From contig OX337236.1 in NCBI GenBank assembly GCA_946965045.2, forward strand, positions 3,472,001-3,536,000: a DNA stretch of 64,000 nucleotides, in the 5' to 3' direction. Shown piece after piece: positions 32,916 through 43,419 of this stretch (position 1 is its first letter; every line of letters starts with the position of its first letter). The notes beneath the pieces were generated by a model, which ran no database searches, had not been told where the DNA came from, and was given only the letters and a program-made list of their open reading frames with translations. The stretch comes from Epithemia pelagica (taxonomy: Eukaryota > Protista > Bacillariophyta). A program made the translations under genes and the position numbers.

Positions 32916-33226
32916 ATGTCGAAAGGTATGTTGTTTGATGTCGAAAGGTATGTCGTTTGATGTCGTTTGATGTCGTTTGATGTTGTTTGATGTCGTTTCG
33001 GGCTCGCGCGGAAACATGGTTTGTTTCAAAATCCAGCGGTGCTCCGTAAGTAGATGGGCCTACTGTCCATCGTTGACTTGTGACCGTGTGATTTCTCTTG
33101 AAGAATTCCAACTGCTGGAGAGCAAAGATTCTTTTGGCGATAAAAACATCCGACATCCTCCGACATCATCCGACATCATCCGACATCCTCCGACATCATC
33201 CGACATCTCCCCAATCCTCCGACATC
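32916..33226. repeat. Inverted pair of 10-bp-period CGACAT arrays
   Basis: 8 ATGT(C/T)G units at 32916-32998; 6 tandem CGACATC(A/C/T)NC units at 33151-33210 plus one at 33220. Confidence 0.9.
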
Positions 33227-34159
33227 CGTGACTCAGAATGTTTACCTCATATCTAAAGAATCTGAATGTAGTATGGTCGTATCAGAGGTACTACTGTATG
33301 ATAATGAAGAAGTTATATCGTGACGATACTCTGAGTAGTAGAAAGATTACCCACGTTTTGAGTCCATTACCGGAAGTTGCTGAACCTAGAATGTTTTGAA
33401 TTCGGGGTGAGTCTCTCCGTACAAGTCCGCAGTTCCCCGAAGAAATCATGCGCCCCGGAAGTATGTGCTTAGAATCCATCAGTATATCTTCTCTTAGAAA
33501 GCCAGCAACATATCTATCATTTGTGTTTGTTTACATTGACAGAGAACCTGGCTTATCTTACGACTAATAGAATTTTATAGCCACTCCCCATCGCTATCAT
33601 TCATTATTTTTGCCGTCTTTTCTTCTTCCGCAATCTCCTTATCGTATGGAATTAGTCGAATGGAATATCTACGTCATACAACCGCTAGATAATCAAAAAA
33701 TCCGGGTAATCCTTGTTTTCAAGGATTTCAGTGGAAACCCGGAGAACTGCGACACGAACCGCTAGAAATGTTTCGTGGAGTGGAGAACAACGGGCCGACG
33801 ACAATGGACGACGATATGGAATGTGGACGGCCATATCTCAAGTTCCAAGTTCCAACCCACCATCGTACCGCCGCATCATGAATTCCAGATGACTTTTGAT
33901 GCTTAAAAGACGCCGAACGAGGATGCAATGGTCAACCGTGGAACAAGAGTAGTGTCAGCCACAACAGCTCGATCGAAGCAACTGTCACGATTTGTCTCGT
34001 GACGAACGCTCCTACCCCTCTTTGGTCCATCCATTTCGTGTAGTCAGTCGTGCTTCCAGTCCGCACCCATCAGAATCACAACAACAGAGCAAACCTACGT
34101 GCCTCTTTCAAGACAGGGTCTCGATCCCCATAAATCCGCTGCAGTCATTGTTTGGAACC

Positions 34160-35377
34160 ATGCCCACGACGTTGAAAGAACAAGCATGGCAGTCCGGCCT
34201 CGTCCTGTTGAACGAGACACCAGAATGGAATGAAAACGATTGGCCTCCTCTTCAGGGTGGATGGCGCAATCGTCATGCTTCGGTCGTACTTGATCATCCC
34301 GATAAGGAAAACGATAACTATCACGACAGACAAACGGTCGTCGTGATGGGAGGTCGCAGACTAGGTCAAGGCGAGCTCGATTCGGTTCTTACATTGAATC
34401 TATCACACCCCAGCAAGCAGTGGCGAGAAGGACCACCCATGAACAGGGGACGTTCTGGACATGCCGCTGTTGTTTGCAATGGCGGCGTGTACGTGATGGG
34501 AGGATACAGTCGAGGACTTTTGGCTTGTATTGAACGAATCGATGCCAATGATTTGCTTCGATCATCCTTAACAACCACCACCACGCAGGATAGTCATTGG
34601 ACAACATTGAATTGTCGCTTATCAACGCCACGATGGGGATGTGGTGCTGTTGCCGTGCACAACCGATACATTGTTGTAATGGGTGGACGCAGCAATCGTT
34701 GTTTGTCGTCAGTGGATATTATAGATACAAACAACCACACTGTCACTGCGGGACCAAGCATGACTGTTCCACGACAATGGTGTGCCAGTGCGGTCATTGG
34801 CCACTGCATCTATGTCGTTGGAGGCGAAAAAGAGCATGGCCATCATCTTGACTCCCTGGAGTACGCGGACTTTGCAAAGTCTTGTTACAATGACGAGACA
34901 AAAAAGGAGATTGGTTCGACATTCATTTCTTTCTCATCCACCTGGATCACTCATTCTCATTTGGTGCTTTCCAACCCTAGAGATTCTTGTGCAATGGTTG
35001 CCGTGGGATCTTGTCTGGTGGTGGTGGGTGGACAAGGCCATTCAACCGTGGAAGTCTTGGATACGCGCCGCAACCGCGTTTGGAATCTGCCACCATTGGA
35101 TAATCACCGCGACGACTGCAGTACGGTGACTGTTGCCAATCAAGTTGCCGTGATAAGTGGCTGGGGAAGTCCTACCTGTGCGACATTACCACTACTGGAT
35201 AAGCATACGTGGTGTTTTCAACGACTCTTTGACCAGCAGATCGACAGATGGTGTCTATTTCGGGAAGGAAGGAATATCCAACATGCTGATAACTCGCCTT
35301 TCCCCACCTGGACATCAGATCGTAAACGAGCAAGGCCCCACACGCACCGTGGTGATGAAGGGAAGGATGGAACTTGA
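34160..35377 (+). CDS. Kelch-repeat protein, copy 7 (start set at ATG 34160)
   Basis: MPTTLKEQAWQSG; six blades; RKRARP tail. Confidence 0.92.
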   Translation: MPTTLKEQAWQSGLVLLNETPEWNENDWPPLQGGWRNRHASVVLDHPDKENDNYHDRQTVVVMGGRRLGQGELDSVLTLNLSHPSKQWREGPPMNRGRSGHAAVVCNGGVYVMGGYSRGLLACIERIDANDLLRSSLTTTTTQDSHWTTLNCRLSTPRWGCGAVAVHNRYIVVMGGRSNRCLSSVDIIDTNNHTVTAGPSMTVPRQWCASAVIGHCIYVVGGEKEHGHHLDSLEYADFAKSCYNDETKKEIGSTFISFSSTWITHSHLVLSNPRDSCAMVAVGSCLVVVGGQGHSTVEVLDTRRNRVWNLPPLDNHRDDCSTVTVANQVAVISGWGSPTCATLPLLDKHTWCFQRLFDQQIDRWCLFREGRNIQHADNSPFPTWTSDRKRARPHTHRGDEGKDGT

Positions 35378-36332
35378 AATTTGCAACGTACTGCATGTAT
35401 GTCCTAACATTCGCGGAACTATATAGCACTCAAACAGTAGTTGGATTGTTTTTTTATGGCATTGCGAACTATAGAGATATCATGTACACCGTTGTACTAG
35501 TAGAAAATGAAAGTTACACCATCCGGCATGAAACCGCAAACAGGAGTGGAGCCAGGCCTCGGGTAGATGTTCATGGTACCATGCCTCTCAGCTGTTGAAT
35601 GGGTCGAGTTATCATGCTGTGGAAGATTATATGGCTACGTGCCCGAAACAACATGGCGCAGCGACTTATTTGGACGGTCATCTTCGTTCCGACCATGCGT
35701 TTAATTGTGTGGAGTCCGGTCCTTCTATGGCTAATGCCTGCGTAAGAGGGCAGTGCCCCGTCTTTCGATGCTCGTGGCGGTTTTGGGTGACAGGACAATT
35801 GCGAATCCTTTGGAATTTTTCGCACCGACGTGTTCGATATTTCCTCCAATACAGCAACTATTCTATATCATGAGGTCGGTAATTTGCTCGCAATGGACCG
35901 AACGGCAACACGGAATCGAGTCTCGTCGTTGCCACACCACAACCTTCCGAACTACGAACGCAGCCACAAATGAAGAAGTACCTAAATTGGACGAAACTGT
36001 TGACGGCGCTATTGCCGTGGAACTGACTGTGTTCAATTCCATCTTGGAAGTCGGAGCATTGACGGCGGCGACGACAACGACAACGAATCAGGAAACCTCC
36101 ACCACCGCTATTCCCTGTCGCACTATTGCTCGTTCGAATGCTAATGCCTGGAAACAAGCTGCTCCCCATCGCGATGTCTTGCCCCTCAATGACAGTTCCA
36201 CCAAACCTTGTTGCACGATTATAACACTGTCGAACAGCAGTGTTGGACTTCGATCACTACCGCATTTGAGCCTCGTACCGAACTCAGCAGCAGCAGCACC
36301 AACAACACAACCACGACAACGAACGCCGCCGA

Positions 36333-37562
36333 TCATGTCTTGGCTATAGTCTTATAGAACTTGTTGTTGTTGTTCTTCTTCGTTGGATTCTGGTTCTTGG
36401 TGGTGCGAATCTTCGTCTGGTCGATGTGGAAGGGCGATGGGACCCTTTCCCATGATCGATTCTTCACCTGTTGATTCTCCCGTGTCGGGTGCATGACGTA
36501 ACCGTGTCGATTCAAATGACGATTTCCCCGATGACCCTTGTACATGAAATCCTCGACAAGGCCCACATAGCTCCAAACATCGGATCGAGCCGAGTAAAAG
36601 GCTTCGCACAAGGCTTTGGCTCCATCCACAGAAGAAAACCGTACATCCCAGAGCTCGAGGGTGGTCCATTGGGTATTTTGCTGCAGTACTTCTGCCAATG
36701 CTTCAACTCCGTCATCTCCAAGGTTTGTACGAAGAAGCACCAACTCCTGCCATATATGATTGTTGCTCAAAGCGCTTGCCAGTGCCTCCAATGTCACATA
36801 TCCAAAATTGCATTGCTGAATCCACAAGTTCTTCCAGGACGGATTTGTATTGAGGGCATTTGCCAACCCAACCGCCGTTTCGTCGTCCAGGGCTTTTAGG
36901 CCAGGCAGCCATAGACGTGGATCTGGTTTGGTGGTTTTGACATATGCACGAGCAAGCGCTTTAATGCCCACGTCACCGATATTAGTAGAGGAGAGCACCA
37001 GAGAGGGCCAATTCACATCAGCACGTCTTTCGTCCCAGACGTCTCTATCGATATCCAAAAGAGCTTGCGCTCCTTGACCTGTCACTTGTGTATTGGTCAA
37101 TATTGGCAACGATCGTTTTCCCAAGTTTTCCACCATTTGTCGTTTCATTTTGGGGCTGATCCGTGTGCCTCTCAACTCCCACGGATTGCATTCGTTCATT
37201 TTGGTGCCTTCCTTTCGTCGTTCGGCGCCTTTGCAAGCTGCCCGGGCAAGTGCTTGTATGCCCTTTTCTCCAATTTTCCTATCCGCTACATTCAGCTCGG
37301 CCCAAAACGAGATAGTCTCTCTTCTTCTTCTACAATATGCCCAATCAATTTGGTCGTCCAAATCTAGAATGGCTTGTGCAGTGCGGTCGGTGGCTTTGGT
37401 GTTGGTCAAGATTGGCAACTTTCGTTCCCCAAAGTGCTCCACCATTTGTTGCTTCATTTCGGGGCTGATTTTGGTGCCTTGCAATTCAAAAGGATCGTAT
37501 TCGTCCATTTCAGGGTTGGTTGTCTCCATTGTCGTTTCTGGAAGAGACATGGTGCGGTCCAT
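36333..37562 (-). CDS. Leucine-rich-repeat protein (RI-like) fused to a kinase-relic C-terminus (409 aa)
   Basis: LSSTNIGDVGIKALA, LLRTNLGDDGVEALA; N-terminal ~100-aa tandem duplication; the last ~90 aa match the 16179-16430 relic. Confidence 0.75.
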   Translation of the reverse strand: MDRTMSLPETTMETTNPEMDEYDPFELQGTKISPEMKQQMVEHFGERKLPILTNTKATDRTAQAILDLDDQIDWAYCRRRRETISFWAELNVADRKIGEKGIQALARAACKGAERRKEGTKMNECNPWELRGTRISPKMKRQMVENLGKRSLPILTNTQVTGQGAQALLDIDRDVWDERRADVNWPSLVLSSTNIGDVGIKALARAYVKTTKPDPRLWLPGLKALDDETAVGLANALNTNPSWKNLWIQQCNFGYVTLEALASALSNNHIWQELVLLRTNLGDDGVEALAEVLQQNTQWTTLELWDVRFSSVDGAKALCEAFYSARSDVWSYVGLVEDFMYKGHRGNRHLNRHGYVMHPTRENQQVKNRSWERVPSPFHIDQTKIRTTKNQNPTKKNNNNKFYKTIAKT

Positions 37563-37652
37563 TGGTTCGTTGAGGTCGAACGTCGTGGTCGGGTCGTTTT
37601 ATAAAGGGTTTGATTATCTGCACAGAGCGAGAGCAAAGTTGTGCCGCAGTTC

Positions 37653-37802
37653 CACCTCGGCGTAGATCATGTGAGTGCGTACAATCTTTTCTAGTCTGAA
37701 GTGTATCCGAAGCGCGAGGAAACGAAACATCACACCTCGGCGGGAAACATGTGAGTGCGTACAATCTTCTCTATCCTAAAGTGTATGCGAAGCGCGAGGA
37801 AA
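37653..37802. repeat. Tandem 80-bp direct repeat upstream of the LRR gene
   Basis: CACCTCGGCG...CATGTGAGTGCGTACAATCTT...GTGTAT.CGAAGCGCGAGGAAA starts at 37653 and 37733. Confidence 0.9.
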
Positions 37803-38489
37803 TCAATCGCAAGTCGCAACAAAAGTCGCAACCTCCTGTAAGGGGGTTCGGATTCTCAATTCTCAGACAGACAGTGTCAGTTCTGTGTGTCGTCATCTAC
37901 AGCATCGCATAGAGTGATCCTTACATGTGACATGTGACACAACACGAGACGAAAAGAAGAGAAAGAAAGACGAACTAAGGTGACTGCTCGACGGCCAGAC
38001 GACGTCTCCTCTCTCGTGTCGTTGTCATGACACATCGTCATGACAATGGACGAGATGGACCGACTGTCGGTGTGTTCCACAGTTGGAAGCTTTTCATCCC
38101 CATCAGATGATGAATTGCGCAACTCTATACAGCAATGGTCCCGCCATCCTTACCTACAGCATGCTCGTTTGTCTTTACTTGTCGGTGTTTTTCGTTAAAG
38201 ACGCCGAACTCAACTGTTCACTGTTTGTCTGTACCGCACCAAGCCATGTCAGCAGCACATGGTCTTGGTCTTTTGGTCCTTTGTATTGCTGCGGTTCTTC
38301 GCAAGAGGCACCACGAAGATGTATTCCGAAAGTTATACATGGCGATGAAACTGACCTGAGCCAGTAATAGCAGTATGGAACAACAAGATAAAGTTTCTTC
38401 CGGTATCAAAAACACTTCCACGGTACTCCGAACAAGAATGCGTGATCTTCGTCATTGCGTGGCTACGGTCACGATTTGTCTTGTGACGA

Positions 38490-38645
38490 AAACTCCTATA
38501 CCCCTCTTTGGTCCATCCATGTCATCAAGTCAGTCGTGCTTCCAGTCCGCACCCATCAACATCACAACTGTAGAGCAAACCTCCGTGCCTCTTACAAGAC
38601 AGTGCCTCGATCCTCATAAATTCTGCAGTGGAAACGTTTGCAACC
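38490..38645 (+). promoter_or_regulatory. Kelch 5' module A (representative copy)
   Basis: TTTGGTCCATC...CAGTCGTGCTTCCAGTCCGCACCCATCA...CATAAAT ~25-30 bp before the ATG. Also precedes 3109, 17608, 25963, 34160, 46140, 48725, 63386, and the non-Kelch ATG at 52770. Promoter role is inferred from position. Confidence 0.6.
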
Positions 38646-39815
38646 ATGGCCACCACACTGAAAGAACAAGCATGGCAGTCGGGCCTTGTCCTGTATGACG
38701 AGACACCTGAATGGAATTTCGAGGACTGGCCTCCTCTCGAGGGTGGATGGCGTTATCGTCATGCTACGGTTGTACTAGATCATCCCGATACGGACGGCAA
38801 CGACGACAACCCGAAGAGACAAACGGTCGTCGTGATGGGAGGACGTCAACAAGGCGAATATGTCACCAATTCCGTTCTTGTATTGAACTTGGCAAACCCA
38901 AACAAACAGTGGCGAGAAGGGCCACCTATGAACAAGAGTCGTCGAGGACATGCCGCTGTTGTGTGCAACAGAGCCGTCTACGTGATGGGAGGATATGCTG
39001 ACAATTCAATGTTCGATTGCATGGAACGCATTGATGCCAATGATTTGCTGCAATCATCTTCGACATCAAGCAGTTCAAAGAAGAGCCATTGGACGACATT
39101 GAATTGTCGATTATCAACGGGTCGATGTGGATGTTGTGCTGTTGCGGTTCACAACCGATACATCGTTGTAATTGGTGGTTATGACGGTAGTCGAACGTTG
39201 CCGTCGGTGGATATTATTGATACCAGGCACCACACTGTCACTCCGGGGCCAAGCATGACTGTTCCACGACGATTTTGTACCAGCGCGGTTATTGGTCACC
39301 GCATCTTTGTCGTTGGAAGCCATGGTGAGCATGGCAATGTTGACTCGGTGGAGTACTTGGACTATGCAACACCCTGGGACAATCATGAGACAAAGGAGCA
39401 AACTGGCTCGACATTCATTTCTTTCTCACCCACCTGGACCACTCAGTCGGAGTTGAGGCTTTCCAATGCACGAAGTTGTTATGCAATGGTTGCCGTGGGA
39501 TCTTGTCTAGTGGTGACTGGAGGATACGAATCATCCGTGGAGGTCTTGGATACGCATCACAACTGCATGTGGAATCTCCCACCATTCGGAAATGACCGCA
39601 TTGGCTGCAGTATGGTGACTGTTGCCAATCAAGTTGCCGTGATTGGTGGATGGATAAATCCTTCATGTGCAACATTACCACTAATGGATAGGAATTCGTG
39701 GTGTTTTCGTCGACTCTTTAAGCAGCCTCGGAACGAATGGTATTACTATCTAGAAATATCGGGTAACGGAGATGTCAATGTAACATCCAGGACCATCTCG
39801 ACATCCACTCTATAA
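38646..39815 (+). CDS. Kelch-repeat protein, copy 8 (divergent tail, no KRAR)
   Basis: MATTLKEQAWQSG; six blades. Confidence 0.92.
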   Translation: MATTLKEQAWQSGLVLYDETPEWNFEDWPPLEGGWRYRHATVVLDHPDTDGNDDNPKRQTVVVMGGRQQGEYVTNSVLVLNLANPNKQWREGPPMNKSRRGHAAVVCNRAVYVMGGYADNSMFDCMERIDANDLLQSSSTSSSSKKSHWTTLNCRLSTGRCGCCAVAVHNRYIVVIGGYDGSRTLPSVDIIDTRHHTVTPGPSMTVPRRFCTSAVIGHRIFVVGSHGEHGNVDSVEYLDYATPWDNHETKEQTGSTFISFSPTWTTQSELRLSNARSCYAMVAVGSCLVVTGGYESSVEVLDTHHNCMWNLPPFGNDRIGCSMVTVANQVAVIGGWINPSCATLPLMDRNSWCFRRLFKQPRNEWYYYLEISGNGDVNVTSRTISTSTL

Positions 39816-41984
39816 TGATTGAAGACCAATACATGATGGAGGATGGCACTTGAGAAATGTGCAACAAGTTGAACGGCCATGAGCTTGGCACGATATAATG
39901 GTCATTATACTCTCGTACAAAACAGGAGATCGTGTCCATCCTAAGTTACGTTGTGAATCATACAAGTTAATGAAAAGCTCTATATCACTATAACCATACA
40001 CAAGTGGCTTGCTCTGTCGAAAAAGACATTACCCTAGACTGCTTTCAAAGAGCAACTCCTAGTATGGTTTGAAGACACTCACCTTGTATAGAAGATGACC
40101 GCACATGAATTTCCTTCTGAAGTCATGGCGTTTGTGGCAGTCGGATCCATGCACCACCATGGTCAGTTATCCGTGTGGTAGATAATGAGATGTTACAGCG
40201 TCCGCCATGGCACTGCTGTCCTCTGCAAACCTGTGGATATCTGGCAACCACTCTTGGGTGGATGGCCATGGTTCCGTTCCCTCTCTGTACTGTTGAAAAC
40301 TTTCTGGTCTTGATCAGAATGAATCTTCTTTGAATGGAAGATGACTGTCTTTCATGGTCTCGTTGAATTTTTTAGACAAAGAAGGAGCGGCCTAAACAGT
40401 GTCTCTTCAAGTGATGGCACATGACGAACAAGTGACGTTTCGACCATGACCTGATACTTGTGGGACAGTCGGTGGGGCCATGGACTGGTAGCAACGGCTG
40501 GATCCGACAGCAGCCAACACAGTTTGTCTTTGTTTGGTTTCCGTTGCAATGGCAAAAGTGCAAAGTATACTTCCCCTGTTGCAGGCAGGACAGGTTTATC
40601 GTGGGTCGTCGTCGATTCCTGTTTCTTGGTGTCAATGTCGTTGTGGAACAACCAATCTGTCGACACGGTACAAATATTGGTGGTGCTACGATTCCCAAGA
40701 CTATGCTTCTGGTGGACCTTGTTCCGACAAGGCAACTGTGTTTTGGAAGTCGTCATTTGATGGTGATGCATCGATCGACCTGTTGTGCAAGAGACGATTG
40801 TTCTTGTTGTTGGTGTTTGGCTGCTGTTGGTGGATCAGGGATTGTGATTTTTCACTTCTTGTCGTCATCCTTGATGAAAGAGATAGACGATTCGTATAGT
40901 TGGTGTTGTTTGGATGGATCAAGGCGATTCTTGTTGTCACTGTTGTCCACTTCTGATGGTTCTTCGTGGTGGAAATCGAGCATGGATGGTTTCTGCTTCT
41001 ATACTTTGGTTTTGTTATTGGTTACACCACTCCACCACGACAATCTTTGTACCTCGAGCTAATCGGCAGAATCAGCAAGAAGCGACAACAAGCACAAGAG
41101 GGGCTATATGACAAACTCCCCGAACAAAACCTTGCCACGAGCAGGACAGGAATGTTGATTGATTGTCAAGTCTGGCTTCTCTTATTGGTCGTGAAATCCT
41201 CATCAAGTTTGGCTCTATTTTGGCTGTAGGTCCTTTTGCCGGAACCTCCGACACATAAAACTCTTGTACGTTCTCGACCCCAGGTGGATCCAAACGACGA
41301 CTCCGCTGGTCTACCTTTTGTTCCTTGAACTCTTGTGGTTTTCAATCGAGACGACAAGTTCACCCATTGGCAAATGTAGCACCGGTCCTGACTCCCACCG
41401 TCGCGAACGGAGGCCATTGAGCCAGTGCGATATGCGGCCGTCTGCACAATCATTGAACCGCATTCGCGAGCATTGCTGACAACCGGCGCAGACGGCACGA
41501 GACGGATTTGGCTCTCCCAAAAAGACCATGATTGATGGAGTCGGTATCAATACTGACATAGGAGACCAACCTTTGCGGTCCAACCACATCCACGTGACAT
41601 TCTCGAAAGCGATCCAAAGAAGACGACTGCAGGCGTCTGCTGCTAATGCAACACGAGAAGCAAGTCAGAATGGGATGGATGACATCATTTTCCTTCTGGT
41701 CCATCATGTCGTCGGATTCTCGTCTCTGTGTGATTGTACTTGTGGCCTTGCTTCTTTCACTATACCCGATGAGTGATGCCCATTCGAATCATTGGATCAA
41801 GAAGGCAAGAAGACCACTCTCTTGCAACATCTCTCTGTTGAAGTTGTTGTCGTTGTGAACAGACTGTATAGGACCAAGGGAAGAATTGTGTGGAAATTAG
41901 GGATTGTCAATCTGTGGACCTATTCATCATACAAAAGGACCTCTTCATCACAAATGCTGTCACTCTCTCCCTTTCGTCGTCGAC

Positions 41985-42162
41985 CAAAAGATACTTTTTG
42001 GGGCTTGTCATGAAATCTATGTGCGATTGATTTCCCTTCACCATCGTACGCAGGACAGGCACACCTTACGGTCTCCACGCAAAGCGCTTCCACGCGTTGC
42101 TCTCAAAAATACTTTCTCTCGTGCTGCCATTTCTTGTCAACGTATTAGTAAAGCGCTGTACC
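41985..42162 (+). promoter_or_regulatory. Kelch 5' module B (representative copy)
   Basis: GGGGCTTGTCATGAAATCTATGTGCGATTGA...CGTACGCAGGACAGGCACA...GTAAAGCGC..GACCATG. Also precedes 13550, 29575 and 54382. Confidence 0.6.
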
Positions 42163-43419
42163 ATGACAACGTTACTGAAAGAACAAGCATGGCAGTCGGG
42201 CCTTGTCTTATCGGACGAGACACCAGAGTGGAATCAAAATGACTGGCCTCCACTTGTGGGTGGATGGCGTGCAGGTCATACTTCGGTCGTACTTGATCAC
42301 CCCGATACGGACGGCAACGACAACAACAACAACAACAAGAGACAAACCGTCGTCGTGTTGGGCGGATTTCAAGCAGGTCAGGGCAGTCTCGATTCCATTC
42401 TTGTATTGAACGTGGCAGCGCCGGACAAGCACTGGCGAGAAGGGCCATCAATGAACAAGAGTCGTCGAGGACATGCCGCTGTTGGGTGCAACGGAGGCGT
42501 CTATGTGATGGGAGGCTACAATGGAAGCTCAGTATTTGATGAACCAGAATCTTTCAATTGTATCGAACGAATCGATGCCGATGAAATCCTACAATCATCT
42601 TCGACATCAAGCATCACACATGCAAGCAATTGGACGACATTGAATTGTCGATTATCAACGGGTCGATGTGGATGTTGTGCTGTTGCGGTTCACAACCGAT
42701 ACATCGCTGTAATGGGTGGCTACAACGATCGTTATTTGCCGTCGGTGGATATTATTGATACAAACAACCACATAGTCACTGCGGGACCATCCATGACTGT
42801 TCCACGAGCATGGTGTGCCAGTGCGGTCATTGGTCACCGCATCTTTGTCGTTGGAGGTTGTAATGATAAGGGCAATCTTGACTCGTTGGAGTATTTGGAC
42901 TATGCAACACCCTGTGACAATGATGCGACAAAGAAGGAGATAGGTTCGACGTTCATTTCTTTCTCTTCCACCTGGACCACTCATTCGGAGTTGAGGCTTT
43001 CCAATACACGAAGTGCTTGTGCAATGGTTGCCGTGGGATCTTGTCTGGTTGTGGCCGGAGGAAACCGTGATACCGTGGAAGTCTTGGATACGTACCGCAA
43101 CTACGTGTGGAATCTCCCACCATTGAGTAATTCCCGCAGGTGCTGCAGTATGGTGACTGTTGCCAATCAAGTTGCCGTGATTGGTGGAGGGCGAAATTCT
43201 ACCTGTGCGACATTGCCACTAATTATCTGTGCGACATTGCCACTAATGGACAAGAATACGTGGTGTTTTCGCCGACTTTGTGAGCAGCACCTTAACAGAT
43301 GGTATCATTTTCGGGAAGGAATCGGTATCGGAGATGATCATATTTCCCCCTTCTCCTCAGCTCATAAACGAGCAAGGCCCAATACGCACCGTGGTGATGA
43401 AGGGAAGGATGGAACTTGA
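42163..43419 (+). CDS. Kelch-repeat protein, copy 9 (start set at ATG 42163)
   Basis: Six blades; loop insertion SSVFDEPES; 8-aa duplication CATLPLII; HKRARP tail. Confidence 0.92.
   Translation: MTTLLKEQAWQSGLVLSDETPEWNQNDWPPLVGGWRAGHTSVVLDHPDTDGNDNNNNNKRQTVVVLGGFQAGQGSLDSILVLNVAAPDKHWREGPSMNKSRRGHAAVGCNGGVYVMGGYNGSSVFDEPESFNCIERIDADEILQSSSTSSITHASNWTTLNCRLSTGRCGCCAVAVHNRYIAVMGGYNDRYLPSVDIIDTNNHIVTAGPSMTVPRAWCASAVIGHRIFVVGGCNDKGNLDSLEYLDYATPCDNDATKKEIGSTFISFSSTWTTHSELRLSNTRSACAMVAVGSCLVVAGGNRDTVEVLDTYRNYVWNLPPLSNSRRCCSMVTVANQVAVIGGGRNSTCATLPLIICATLPLMDKNTWCFRRLCEQHLNRWYHFREGIGIGDDHISPFSSAHKRARPNTHRGDEGKDGT

Noticed and set aside
33151-33210. CRISPR-like or telomeric array
   Set aside because: 10-bp units with no unique spacers, no cas genes, and no telomere-type repeat.
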